Positions 28,484-43,149 of a stretch of DNA of 64,000 bases are shown in pieces. Position numbers and translations under genes: made by a program. Positions within the stretch are counted from its first letter, which is position 1. The number at the start of each line of letters is the position of its first letter. The notes below the pieces were generated by a model that was given only the letters and a program-made list of their open reading frames with translations, was not told where the DNA came from and did no database searches. The DNA is taken from assembly GCA_964016885.1 (NCBI GenBank), contig OZ024748.1, forward strand, positions 34,782,001-34,846,000, given 5' to 3'. The stretch is from Eledone cirrhosa. Taxonomy: Eukaryota.

Positions 28484-29362
28484 GGTGTGCTAAAAAATAC
28501 GAAAAACAACAAAGAAAACAATACAGTACAATGAAGATGTATATTAGTTTAAAGCTTGATATAGTTGGAAAACAATCTTAACGTTTCAGACTTTGGTCCT
28601 ACATCAGAATATAGAATAAGAAATAAAAGAAGAAATATAAAGATAGAAAAGAGTGAGGAGAGGAAAAACGGTAAAAAAATAACTGGAGAAAAGCACGTGT
28701 ATTTAGTCAGTCATATATATAGAAATGATTTCATACGAATGAAGCTGTTATAGTCCTGTAGCAGTCAATTCTATATAAAATATGTGTTTTTTCTCTACTA
28801 ACGTATTGAGTACCTTATTAAACGGTGTTTTGTTCCCGATCCCCTTCGGAATAACATCCTTTATTATATATATACATAACTGATATACGAACAGAGCTAT
28901 CAAATATTATAGATTAGATTTTATATCATTGTGTGTTAGATCGATTTGAGAATGGTTTTGAGGGGTGGGGGTGATTGAATTAATTGGCGTGTACAGGCAA
29001 GCTTGGCTCCAAAACAAAGCAATACATTACCATACACACAGACATTCCCAGTCCTACATACACTAGCACCGGCGTACAATACACATTAGCATCAGATACA
29101 AATACTTCAATAGGCTCTCAGCTCTAATAATACTGGGCCATATATATTGCTAGAATGTTCCGACAATATTGGAGACGAGTCATATGACATAAATGTCAAC
29201 TATATTGGTAATGAAACCATTTCGTTGAAAAGTTTACTATCAGATCGTCTGTTTTTATTGAAACATTCGTTACAGTGTCCCAACTTTATAGCGTCTTTAA
29301 TACATAATTGAGATATTATCACACACACAGATACACGCGTGTATGCATACACACACACACAC

Positions 29363-29423
<61 letters not shown>

Positions 29424-29704
29424 AATACACGTATACATATGTATGTATACCAAACAGACAGAATTCAACCAATTAACTAATTGTGGAAGTTATAAATTAA
29501 ATTTAAAACGTGACTCTTACAGAAACAGTTCTGTTTATTCCATTAAGAATTCGTTGTATATCAGTTGATATCTTCATCAAAGAACCAGAACTAGTCCTGT
29601 GACAGCCAATTATATATATATAATCTAATATAGAAATGGCTTCTACATGACTAGAACTGTTTTATTCGAAGGAAATCATCGGGAAAGCCTGATTGAACCC
29701 AGGA

Positions 29705-29789
<85 letters not shown>

Positions 29790-29795
<6 letters not shown>

Positions 29796-29960
29796 AAAAC
29801 CACAAACCTTCCATCTCAATTCTACTTTTGAAAAGCACAAGAACTGCGAAACCGGTAAAGGAACCAAATAAATATTTTTTTATTTTTTCCTTATACTTTC
29901 ACTCGTGTAGGACACCTCACTTTTTTTTTCATTTTGTAAAAAAACCTCACTTTCTAATAT
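29790..29960 (+). mobile_element. Solo pLTR fragment of the 20180-23152 family, with hammerhead 29825-29860
   Basis: Close match to 22945-23150; CUU-UUGAAAA...GAAAC CG GUA/AAG; inserted in (TA)n. Confidence 0.85.
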
Positions 29961-30234
29961 ATATATATATATATATATACAGAACGAAACGAGGTTTCAC
30001 ATTACGGTTTTTATTGATTATGTACTGCGTATAATCATTAATGTGAAACCTCGTATTGTTCTTAATACACAATGCTCTAGCATAGAGTGTTAATATTGGT
30101 AATAACCTAATATATACCGAGTCGCAAAACTCCATCACTGCGGAGAGCAACAGAACAAAATGGTTTCGACGTTGGCCAGAAATGATAAAATAAGTTGCAA
30201 GACGAGACTAAAAGATATTGTAGGATAGGGGGAG

Positions 30235-30330
30235 AAAAGTCGGTTGTATTAACCCCGATACTTAACTGGTACTGTATTTTATCGACACCGGAAGGATGAA
30301 AGGCAAAGTTGGTATCGGCGGGATTTAAGC
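30235..30330 (-). mobile_element. SINE fragment
   Basis: ctggtactgtattttatcgac...ggatgaaaggcaaagtt is the reverse complement of the family core. Confidence 0.7.
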
Positions 30331-31194
30331 TCAAAACTTAAAAAGCTGTAACAAAAACCGACGTTTTAAAGAATGTCAATCTTCCGCCTTCACAGCATAC
30401 AGACCAGATAATGTAGTTTCGCCCACTTATTCCTGAGAAGGTCGAGGGGACACAGTCCTCAAAATACAGCAAACTACAGAGGATGGATAAATACATTTCT
30501 TGTACGAAGACGTCGGGGACAAGGCATTGAAACACGTACAAGGTTGTGTGATAATGTAATCATACAGTTTGTATAGTCGTTATAAGATAATTCAATATAT
30601 GTTTATAAATTAAGGGGAAAATTCCAGGAAGATATCGATTTAGGATAAATTAGTCGAATTTCCTTTTTTTCTGTGGTAGTCATCCTCGCCATTCTGTGTA
30701 TATTCTTGGACTTCAAACCGCATAACAGCCCTGTCCTCTTGTGTTTATATCGGCTCCTTTTATGTGTGACTTGAAGCTGCCACATTTATTATCTTGTATT
30801 TAGTAGGTGTGCTCTGGTTGGCTGAACTTCCTTTCTTCTCAATATGGTCGTAGTTATTACAAACTACTTCATTCGGCAATTTGAAAGATACTGAGTTCAA
30901 TTCTTCCTAGCAGCTGCTGGCCACATTTTTCTTGAGTTTTTTAATATATTTAAGATATTTATTGCAATTGACTGTTTGCAGTTATTTTCTGCGTCTGAAG
31001 TCCAAGTCCTACATTACATACGTATATATATACATACATATTCATAACACCCTCGCTAAATAAATAATAATCCGAGATATTATATTTCTTTCTATATATA
31101 TCATTATCTGTATCTTATCTGTAAACGCAGCTGTTTGGGAATGAAATCTCTGTTCACTGCTGAATATTAGATAATTCATTATATTACATTTAAA

Positions 31195-31388
31195 TGGGCG
31201 GTGAATTGGCAGTATCGGTAGAGGGTTGGACGCCATGCTTTGGCGCATAGAGTTACGGCCCTTGCCATTCTGAGTTCAAATCCCGCCGAGGTTAACTTTG
31301 CCTTTCATCCTTATGGGGTCGATAAAATAAAGTACCAGTAATGTACTGGATAATTGCTGGCCTTGTGCCAAAAGTAGAAACAATTATA
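31195..31388 (+). mobile_element. tRNA-type SINE, apparently full-length
   Basis: tggcagtatcgg A-box, gagttcaaatcc B-box, same body as 25720-25915. Confidence 0.85.
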
Positions 31389-32025
31389 TTACATTTAAAT
31401 AGTTCAAAAAGATCAGATGATAATTGCTGGCTTCTATTAAACTGTGGATGTGTGGTTCTCAGGAGCACGATGTAAAATACTTTGTAAGGAAAACAATCAA
31501 AAATAACGAATGTTAAAAAATATTTATGGTTAGGGATACAAATATCATAATTTCCCCAACATTTAAATAGCTGACCGGATGCTTTTGGAGACTTTACATA
31601 CGACACTAAGTAGTGTTTATTTGTCATTCGTACTTCTTACTTTAGTTATAAACTGATATTTCCACGTTTCTTATTTTACTCCATTTTCCTGAGAAAACTG
31701 GATAATTTAATAAAAAAAACGATAATTACCAATTATCAACTTTCTTCCGTATTGATCTATTTCTAAATAATTGAATTAATTCATTATATCAAAGTATGCA
31801 GTGAGGTGAGATAATAATTCAACACAGCTGAGGTCTGTAGGAATAGATGGATAATTATATATATATCTAACTAAATATAAGTATGTATACGTACATACAT
31901 ATATGTGTACAGACGCACAGTAGTATGTATATATATACATACATGCACACATATATATATGTACGTATGGGTTTACCGAACATTTATTATAATGTTCGGT
32001 TTGTTTGTAAACAAACAGCCCGAAT

Positions 32026-32178
<153 letters not shown>

Positions 32179-32185
32179 CTGCAGG

Positions 32186-32880
32186 TATATATATAGTGGT
32201 AGAATACTCGAAGGTAATAACCGTAGTGGTAGAGCACTCAGTCCATGGGACGAGTTAGGTAGAAGTGGTTACACAACAGTTAGTTCACCATACAGAGAAC
32301 AATTGTTTCACCTTAGCGGATCCTCAGCTCGTAATGTACATGGTTATACATAACAGGAAGGACAACCGTACGAACGCGCATGCGCAGAAACGATCACTTC
32401 ACACAGGCAATACTAAAATGCGTGCGAGAGGTGTAAGGGAGATAACTGCGAAAGTCCGAAAAGTTTCTAGTTGATAAGAAAATTAGGATTTTGTTGTAAT
32501 TCAATCCGGAGCTTTGTAGTTATGTAAGAGGTGTTTCCAGACGTGTGGACAACGTGTGAAGAATTCATTTCTCGTGTTTAGGCAATTCCTATTGCGTAAT
32601 CTCTTTAGAATATTTATTCGTTCATCAATACATAGTCCACACGACGGATTGCCCCTTGCGTATGGCTTGGACTTAGTGATGGCTTTCCATTGAATGGAGT
32701 AGTCTATACTTGAGTCCTTGGTGGACCATACGTGGCTCGCGAGTTTCGTGGATGAACGTCTGTCCGGGTACCTAAAGGTCGACTGATGGTTCAGGAAGCG
32801 TTCCTTAAATCGGCCCTCCGTCATAGCCACATAGGATTTGACCTCCTGTGGTTGATTTGGTCGGTTGGAAAGTGACCACA
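32186..32880 (-). mobile_element. PLE 3' fragment (GIY-YIG C-terminus plus pLTR) with hammerhead 32295-32330
   Basis: YVAMTE.RFK.R..NH, CGLC..E, LN.R.E..CPH; GAG-CUGAGGA-U CC GCUAA GG U-GAAAC-AAUU-GUU/CUC. Confidence 0.87.
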
Positions 32881-33047
32881 GCTTCATACAGAGTGTATAT
32901 ATGGATGTGAATGTATGTGTATTTGTTACATAAAATATTAATGCACCGAAATTACTGCCATCGTCAAGTATGTAAATTAGATAAGCTAACTGGAACAACT
33001 CTTAATGTTGTATATATTAGTTTGTTTAATTGCTTCAAACATCTCCC

Positions 33048-33193
<146 letters not shown>

Positions 33194-34142
33194 GTTCTGG
33201 CTACGATGGAATGTCACCAATAACCCCTGTTGTCTTTCACTGCAATGTTTACATTGCATATATAATTACACACACACATTATATATGTATGTGTATGTAT
33301 ATATATGTATATATATTTATATATATATATGTGTGTATATATATATGTTATATATATATGTGTGTGTATATATATATTTATATATGTATGTGTATGTGTG
33401 TGTGTATATATTTATGTATGTGTGTGTATGTATTAATGGATCTACGTAGGTTTCGACGGTGAGTGTTCGAGTTGTTCAATCAATGGAATGGTTATTTATT
33501 GAATCACTGAGTGTCTCAATCTTTCACAGATACGTGTACCCTTAATGTAGTTCTCAGGAAGAATCAGTGTGACATAATGTTTGATAAGGCTGACCTTTTC
33601 AATGGAGCGCCTTTTAATGGAGATGTCGTTATATTAAACGACATTTGACCATGGGGCCGTGAAAAGAGATCGAACACATGACTGCCAAACAATCTTCTTG
33701 ACCATTGCATCAATGAGAGTGTGTGTGTGTGTGTGTGTAGATATGTTCAACGTATATATAGTTATGTATAGGTCTATAGGTTACTCTGTGTGTATGTGTA
33801 TATGTTTGTGTGTGTACGAGTTTGATTTTGTGTGTGTGTTTTAGTGTGCGTGTGTGTGTGTATTTGAGAGTGCGTGTGTAGATATATTCATACATGTATG
33901 TAATTATGTATAGGTTAGTGTAGGGGTGTATGTGTGTATGTGTATGTGTGTATGTGTGTATGTGTATGCGTATGTGTGTACGTGTGTGTGTGTGTATGCG
34001 AATGTGTGTCAATACAACGATTGATTAATCATTATTGAGTGAAATAAATTAGACAGCCGACATTGTTGTCTTTGAATTTACACAATTTAGAGAACCGGAA
34101 GTGGAGAGACGTTAAACAGTTCTTGAATTATGTGTAGTTTAC

Positions 34143-34181
<39 letters not shown>

Positions 34182-34340
34182 GAGAGAGAAAGCGAGTGTG
34201 TGTGTGCGTGTGTGTATGTAGAGAGAGAGAGGAAAGAGAGAGAGGAGTGAGAGAGCGAACGAAATATAGAGAGACGTGTGTAAGTGGATACGTTTATATT
34301 CATCAATATGAGAACATGTATGTCTGTGTTTCTGAGTGTG

Positions 34341-34393
<53 letters not shown>

Positions 34394-35094
34394 CCAGGGA
34401 GAATATGCATATACATATATACAAATGTTTACGCACATACATACACAGACACACAAACACTGAGAGAGGGGGGGGAGAGAGGTTAGATGATTCAGTAGAT
34501 TTGCAGTTTACTGGAGGAGGTACTAACATTAGTACTCTATGTTACAGCAGAGTGTATATAGTAAGAACAAAATGTGGTTTAACATTAAGGTTTTTATTGA
34601 TCAGGTTCGGTTACGTACGTTTCACAGATGGCTGGCTCAGGATCCCTGTTAGTGTCAGAGAAATGAGATTTGGGTTTTGCTTGATTAAAAAAAAATTAAA
34701 AACAAAAACGAAATGGTATTTTAAAAAAAAATAAAAATATACACGCACCCTATTTGATCTGATCATGGCTTTATTTGCCAACCTCAGCAATATACAATTA
34801 CCAAACACTTCACTTGCTTCGTAATCTCCATCAACAACAATGGACAATTACTACTAGCTTCCTAGCAAGAATAACATTCACATAAAGAAGAGAAAACAGA
34901 ACTTTTTGTAAAGAACAATTATATAAATTCTTTTTCTTTTTTTTACAGGTTGTATATGAATGTCATTTTTATTTTTTTTATTCGGTTTACTGTATTATAT
35001 GCCTGTATTAATGACACGTTTTACATGTCACACACCAACATATTTTTGTCTGTGGTATATTCTGGATTCGGTTGGGTCTCTGCGGGATCACTTT

Positions 35095-35410
35095 TCGACT
35101 GGTCAAGGTACGGCGAAAGCTATGTAACACATGATAATCAGCCAACGGTTACTTTTAGCTCGACTCACTGAGCGCACACTCATGTCATAGCATAAACCGC
35201 GACTCGCGGGAAGAGAATCTGACGCATGATAATACATCGAGATTCAATTGGTCAAGGTTCGACAATAGCTATTTAACACATGATAATCAAACCACGGTTA
35301 CTCGATTGCTCGACTCACTGAGCAGGCAACTCAAAATTTGCACACACTCATGTCATAGCGTAAACCTCGACTCACTGAAGAGAATCTTACGTATGATGAT
35401 ACATCGAGAG
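35095..35410. repeat. Two diverged ~150-bp tandem units
   Basis: ggtcaagg...taacacatgataatca...gctcgactcactgagc...cacactcatgtcatagc...atacatcgaga occurs twice. Confidence 0.75.
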
Positions 35411-35867
35411 AAATAGTCCTCTGTGTTGTCATATCGAAATCCGTTACTGTAACCCATCCATCCATACACAACAGTTCGAAATACATGATCACAACTTTGT
35501 ATTTTTACAGTTCCTTCTAAATGTTACACACACACATGCATACTCAGTCATACTATTTTTTTTTCTCTCTCCAAATTTCTCTACACTCGAAGTGCGGGCG
35601 CAGTACCCACATTTTGTATGTTTTGGGACACGCTTTTAGGAATCAGATTCCTCCACCCCTTTTATAATCGATCGCTGCTCCAGCATCGATATGGGTAGGG
35701 AACTAATGTAGCGAAATCTGTCCGCGCCTTGAACTTTGGGTGATACCTAGAGATCAAATTTTAGGTCACCACATTTATTGTGTTAACAAGTTCATGCGTG
35801 GGCTGTCCTCTCAGGTTTGGGAACAGGAAGTGAGAGCTATATATAGGGCCTGTATCAGGCCATTCCA

Positions 35868-36170
35868 CACAGAGACATCGAAGCGATATGATATACAACT
35901 AAATATGTAAGGATTTACTGCTATCAATAGACCCCCAGTGGTCTACAGAGATATCGAAGCGCTAAGATACACAACTAATATGTAAAGATTTACTGCTATC
36001 AATAGACCCCAAGTGGTCTACAGCCAGAGACATCGGAGCACCCCACTACAGAACAAGCTATGTAAAGATTCACCACTATTCAACAGACTCCATGAAGTCT
36101 ACAGATACACTCAGAGCGATTGGAACCCTGCTATACAGAACACAAACGTGGAAGATTCACGCTGTATGCA
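35868..36170. repeat. Diverged ~78-bp tandem array (3-4 units)
   Basis: cagagacatcg...atgtaa.gattta..gctatcaatagacccc..gtggtctaca recurs. Confidence 0.75.
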
Positions 36171-36588
36171 GTTCACGGTATTTCTCAGTTACTGCAGACC
36201 ATTCAGAGCTATACATACCATACTCTCTTACTAACACGGTCTAACAACTATTACCACGAATTCCAACAACAAGAATTATCTGTAACTCGGTGTTTTAACA
36301 CCAACAACAACAACAGACTACAACAGCCTACACTTCAACAGCAAAATAATATTGTCAATCTTTACAACTTATTGTAACTTGTTTATTGTACCTTTTAATT
36401 CACGTGTAGTAAACTATATAAATCAAATCTTATATTCTTATATTCCTTATATTTGTTATCACATTTAACAATCTTCTTATTATCACATATCTAAATAACC
36501 ACATATAACTTTCTAACAATTCATTTTTAACCCTTCGTTAAATATATATATATATACGTATATATATATATACTTATATATATATATA

Positions 36589-36664
<76 letters not shown>

Positions 36665-36743
36665 CAGGGTGTCCCAACAAATTTGAAAGAATTGGCTATG
36701 TTATTAAACTATGAAATGATGTCAATTTTATTGGGACACCCTG
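36665..36743. mobile_element. 79-bp Tc1/mariner-type MITE
   Basis: TIR CAGGGTGTCCCAA / TTGGGACACCCTG with TA on both sides. Confidence 0.85.
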
Positions 36744-36828
<85 letters not shown>

Positions 36829-36875
36829 AATGAATAATAACAGGTAGACATCATAAAAAGGTAATTTATTCCGTG

Positions 36876-36987
36876 TGCTTACAAATGTTTCCACAGTGGT
36901 ACTACAGCCTAGTTATGCTATGTGCAAATTTACAACTATTTGCAGAACTCAAATATCCAATGCTGTGACCACTGTATCCTCAGAGCA
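36876..36987 (-). ncRNA. Hammerhead with extended stem II
   Basis: UGCU-CUGAGGA-[ACAGUGGU-CACAGC...GCUGU-ACCACUGU]-GAAAC-AUUU-GUA/AGCA. Confidence 0.82.
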
Positions 36988-37482
36988 GAATGGTTAAAAT
37001 GTACAATGTAAATACCCTTAAGTGGGGTTGTTGGAGAAGATAGAGTAGAAAAGGAAGAGAGAAAAGTAGGGGAGAGGGAGAGAGAGAGAAAGATATGCAG
37101 GGGTTGGAAAAATAGGAGAGAGTGGTTTGTAGATATCTTAATCAAAATGTTATGGTAGGGGTTTTATTATACTGGTTACTTTTGGAGAGATACGTTGATA
37201 GATAAGGTCGGAATTATTTATTGCCCCAGAGGGCAGGTTCATAGATGTGGAGAGGGAGGGAGGTAGGCCAAAGGCGAGAGAGAGAGAGTGTAATGGATGT
37301 AGAGAGAGAGATAGAGAGGGGACAGACGAAGTCTATGTGGTGAGTGAACTTTGGGTTCGTAGTAGTAATCTGCGAATTGCACTGAGTTACCATTTATAGT
37401 GATAAGCAGTGTATTGTCTTGTAGTGTGGAGGAAGAGAAGGTGGTTAGCCAGAAAGCGATGTTATAGTTACGGGTTCGAATG

Positions 37483-39806
37483 TTAAGTTATTTTATAGTA
37501 AGAGAATTTAGCTTTTAGTTTGTGGTTGCAGTATAATGATCGTTCAATTCTATCGTTAAGTAGTTTGTTTGGGGATTTTAATATGTAAAAGAGTTCAAGG
37601 TTACATAACCTACAGTACTTCAATCCACTCCGATATGCACTTGCGCTGGAAAGTATATCCCATTTTAAGGTAAACTGTTGGTTACGTTCACGGAGTTGCC
37701 ATGTCTTGTTGGCGAGCGTGGTCACAAAACGATGATTAGGATGTTTGATTGAGAATCGATGTCGGTACCAGCGAGATTTAAACGAGGTGGTGGTAGATCC
37801 GATATAATACCATTTCTGGTCGTTCGATTCAACCGTGCATTTGTAAACAATGTTGGACTTTAGGCATTCATTCTTCAATGGACATCTTTCAGGTAGATGG
37901 CAGTTACATTCTTTGTTGTGGGTAGCGGGTATACAATGGATAGGTTGTGATAGCAGTACAGGTGGATTGTGTAATACCCGTCTCCCATTTAGTGGTTGGG
38001 AGGCAGATATTACGTTCTGCCCATCTGTTACTAAAATATTTTGTTTTGTAGTGTTGTTTAATTGCTTTAAGTTAAGTTTTTTTATGTATGCTTCAAGGTT
38101 TGGTGCCGTGGAGTATGATAGTCTAATAGTTTTAGAGTTCAGAATTTTGCTGTGTTTATGGGAACTAGGGAAATGTTTGTTGATTAACTTAAAGAATGAA
38201 AGAGATAGTTTTGTACTAATCGAGGCATTGAAAATAGGATTGTACCAGATATACTTTCTACAACGTGATTTATTTGGTGGTGATTTTCTATTATTAGTAT
38301 GTCTGGTGGTACTGTGTATGTGCGCTTGTATTTTAGTCCCCCGGTTACGTATTCCTTGATTTCGTGTAGAGCTATGTGTGTTATGGAGATTCCTATCAAT
38401 GTATTCTATTGTATCCCGGTGGTCGGCATTCCTTAATGCATTATTATAGTATTCAGCGTGTTCACTAAAAATATCAGAGTTAGACGATAGGCGAGAGATT
38501 CTAAGAGAAATACTCCGGGGAACTGATTTGATCATGGAGAGTGGGTGGTTTGAGTTAAAGTTAATATACGTAAGGTTCTCATTCATCTTGTGGAAGGGTC
38601 GTATCTGTCCGGTATTTAAATTAAGAGTTAGGTCCAGAAAGTTTACTACTTTAAGATTGTATTCGTATGTTATTTTTAGACCTAGTTCACTAAAAGATTT
38701 TCTAATATTTTTCCGTAGCCTTTCAAGATTTTGGTTATTAACTAATAAGAGCCCGTCATCTCTGTATATCGCCCTCCCCCGCCGTAGATTACTAAATTTA
38801 GTATGTAGTATGTGGGCTATGTAAATTCCAACAATATCCTTGATCTCCGCTAAGTCGTTGGAACCCATGATAATGTCGAAGTTTGTGGGTCTGTCCTTAC
38901 GTTCCCAGTAGCAGTTATCAAACTTAATAATAGTTTTTCTAGCCTCGAGAATAATATTAATTTCGTCCTCCGTTAGGTCGGAATTGACCTTAGCAAACGA
39001 TAAGGCCTTACGTAAAGTGCTTGGTGAGATTGAAGAGTAGTATTCGTCTATGTCAAATTGTATAAACTTAGATTTATTCTTATTCTTAACATTATTAAAC
39101 CAGCGAATTGCTTCGCTAGTGTTGCCCCATAATTTAATTTCAATTTTCTTTTTCACTTGAGTTATTACTCTGTCAAGTATATGTTTGCTAATTTTTCCTA
39201 TGTATGATTTAGAAGGGCATATAAGTCTAATCTTAGGGTTAGAGTCAAAATTTACCTTATGGTCCTTCAGGATGAAGGTGGGGTAGCGGGTATAATCGGC
39301 TCGGTTCTATCGTCTATCTTGAGATTCTTCACCACTTTATATGCCTCGTTGTTAATATTTGCTAGCGTAGTTTCATTTGTTTTTCTATATTTTTTGTGTA
39401 GTTCGTTGCGTATGAAGTTATTGTACGTATCGATATCCATGGTATACACGTTAGAGGTCTTGTCAGCTTTCACAACAATTCCATTGGTATTTTGCAGTCT
39501 TCGAAGTAGTGCTTTCATGTTGCTGTGCAGCTCATTATTTCTATGTTTGTTGAACTTAATGTTCATGGTCGTTTTCATTAAATCTTGTTCGAAAGCATCG
39601 AGATGAGGGTTTGTGGGTGGGTTTTTACATGATTTAAAACCATATGATTCAGACGAGTGACTGGCGCGTCCCTTATCGAAATGGAAAGCTTTCCATCGTA
39701 CACGCCGAATGAAGTCATTATTGCGTTGAATCATACTAAGAATATATTCCCTTTTGTTAGGTATAGGTATGTTTTTAAGTGACATACCTATATGATGCCT
39801 TTCCAT
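37483..39806 (-). CDS. PLE RT-GIY-YIG protein (single frameshift)
   Basis: KADKT, LKDHK, FIQFDI..YYSSI, IYRDDGL, VNFLDLTLNL, CNCHLPERCPL..CL, VYKC...YYIGST, CRLC..E. Confidence 0.92.
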
Positions 39807-40050
39807 ATTAATGCCGTGTGTCGGTGTGGTTGCTCAACTGTGTAGGAGGCGATTATTAGGTATAGGATTATCCTAGATGTAGTAATGGTTAATTACTACA
39901 CTGGATATGGTTGACGTACGGTAAGAGGTTACTCTACGAGTTATGGAAGAATTGTTGAAGAAACTTAGTTCCTGATCCTTCTGTATTCCGGAGTGTCAAC
40001 CATATCCAGTGTAGTAATTAACCATTACTACATCTAGGATAATCCTATAC

Positions 40051-40677
<627 letters not shown>

Positions 40678-40680
40678 ATT

Positions 40681-41556
<876 letters not shown>

Positions 41557-41774
41557 TCTTTATATATCTATGTGTGTATATATGTATAATGCTTAATGCG
41601 GTTTCTTCCCTTGTCTTCTAAATCCGTTTCTATTTTTTGCTGGGTTTTTTAGAATGGAGGGTGGGATCGGCGACGCTTGCTGGGTATGAGGGATAGAATA
41701 CCTTTGTGCTAATTGTTCTTCTTGGCACCTGGTTCCTCCGCTGGTTTTACTTTCTTGTGAACCACAATTTCTGT

Positions 41775-42203
41775 TTCTGCCAGCAGACTTTAACCGCTCA
41801 GCTCTCCAGATGCCAGCAGACTTTAACCGTTCAGCTCTCCAGATGCCAGCACTGTTTAACTGTCAATCTCTCCAGATGCCAGAAGAGTTTAACTGCTAAG
41901 CTCTCCAGATGCCAGCACTGTTTAACTGTCAATCTCCCCAGATGCCAGCACTGTTTAACTCTCAATCTCTCCAGATGCTAACAGAGTTTAACTGCCAATC
42001 TCTCCAGATGCCAGCAGAGTTTAATTGTCAATCTCTCCAGATACTAACAGAGTTTAACTTCCAATGTCTCCAGATACCAGCAGAGTTTAACTGCTAAGCT
42101 CTCCAGATGCCAATAGAGTTTAACTGTCAATCTCTCCAGATGCCAGTAGAGTTTAACTGCTAAGATCTCCAGATGCCAGCACTGTTTAACTTTCAATCTC
42201 TCC
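41775..42203. repeat. 33-bp minisatellite, about 13 units
   Basis: Consensus ctctccagatgccagcagagtttaactgtcaat. Confidence 0.9.
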
Positions 42204-42963
42204 ATAGGTGGTTAATGTTGAACGGTAGTTCAGGAAGACCAATAAAACACCCTTTGCAGCGAAACACTGAAGATGTTTCCAAGCTTAGAATTGAACCACA
42301 CACTATAAATATAGATCTGTTTTAATAAAGTAAATTCATTTGTTAATTAAAGCAATTTACTTGCTAATTAAATTTGCCAATAACCTATAGTCTAATATTA
42401 ATAAAATGTACTGCATGTCAAGTCATAAAACATTAAATACGTGAAAATAATGAGTTGACTGGTTTATTGTGATAAATCGACTCAATAAAAACATTTTTGG
42501 TGAAATAGTTTTCAGAATATTAGAATATCGACTTTAATAATATTAATTATTGTTATTTCTTTTATTAGCCACTGGCGGGTAATTACATATATCACTTTTC
42601 ATAAATAAGCTGTAAAAAGGTGTGTGGTGGAAGAAACATGTTATAGAGAAAGCCACGAAATTCTATTTTATTTGCCAGCTCATCGGGCAGGTAATCATAA
42701 TGATGTATAAAGTTGTTGAGTCATATATTTATTAAAATTTGATTGTTTGTCCCTGTATTCATATTGAAACATTTAGCCCTTTTATCTTGCAATTAGAAAC
42801 AAAACGAAAAGAAAGCAAACAAGTTATCAAATACAGACACACAGACCCGTTAAATACAGACACACAGACACGTTAAATACGGACTCATTGAAAGACGAAA
42901 GACAAACGATTGAAAAAGAAAAACCAGCGTTCAAAAATTCAACACAATAATGAATGTGTGCAT

Positions 42964-43011
<48 letters not shown>

Positions 43012-43149
43012 TTTGCTTAAACTTTAAACTGTTATTTTAATAAATATATATATATATATATAGTAATAATAATAAATTTGAAGACGAAAATCCAAAGACT
43101 GCTCGATAAGGATAAATATATATCAAATATATAAGAACCGTAGAGCAAA

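Larger units (their letters stand above)
36826..40055 (-). mobile_element. Near full-length Penelope-like element, Nematis-type
   Basis: ORF from MERHHIGMSLKNIPIP to the GIY-YIG end with one frameshift at ~39280; 3' hammerhead; 5' inverted repeat at about 39854-39914 / 39996-40055; (TA)n flanks. Confidence 0.94.

Noticed and set aside
30340-31000. Possible host exon or gag remnant
   Set aside because: Stops in the frames examined and no recognisable motif or splice context; the same applies to 7840-8330 and 23440-23830
41706-42097. Cys/Gln repeat ORFs
   Set aside because: By-product of the 33-bp minisatellite; stops occur in later units
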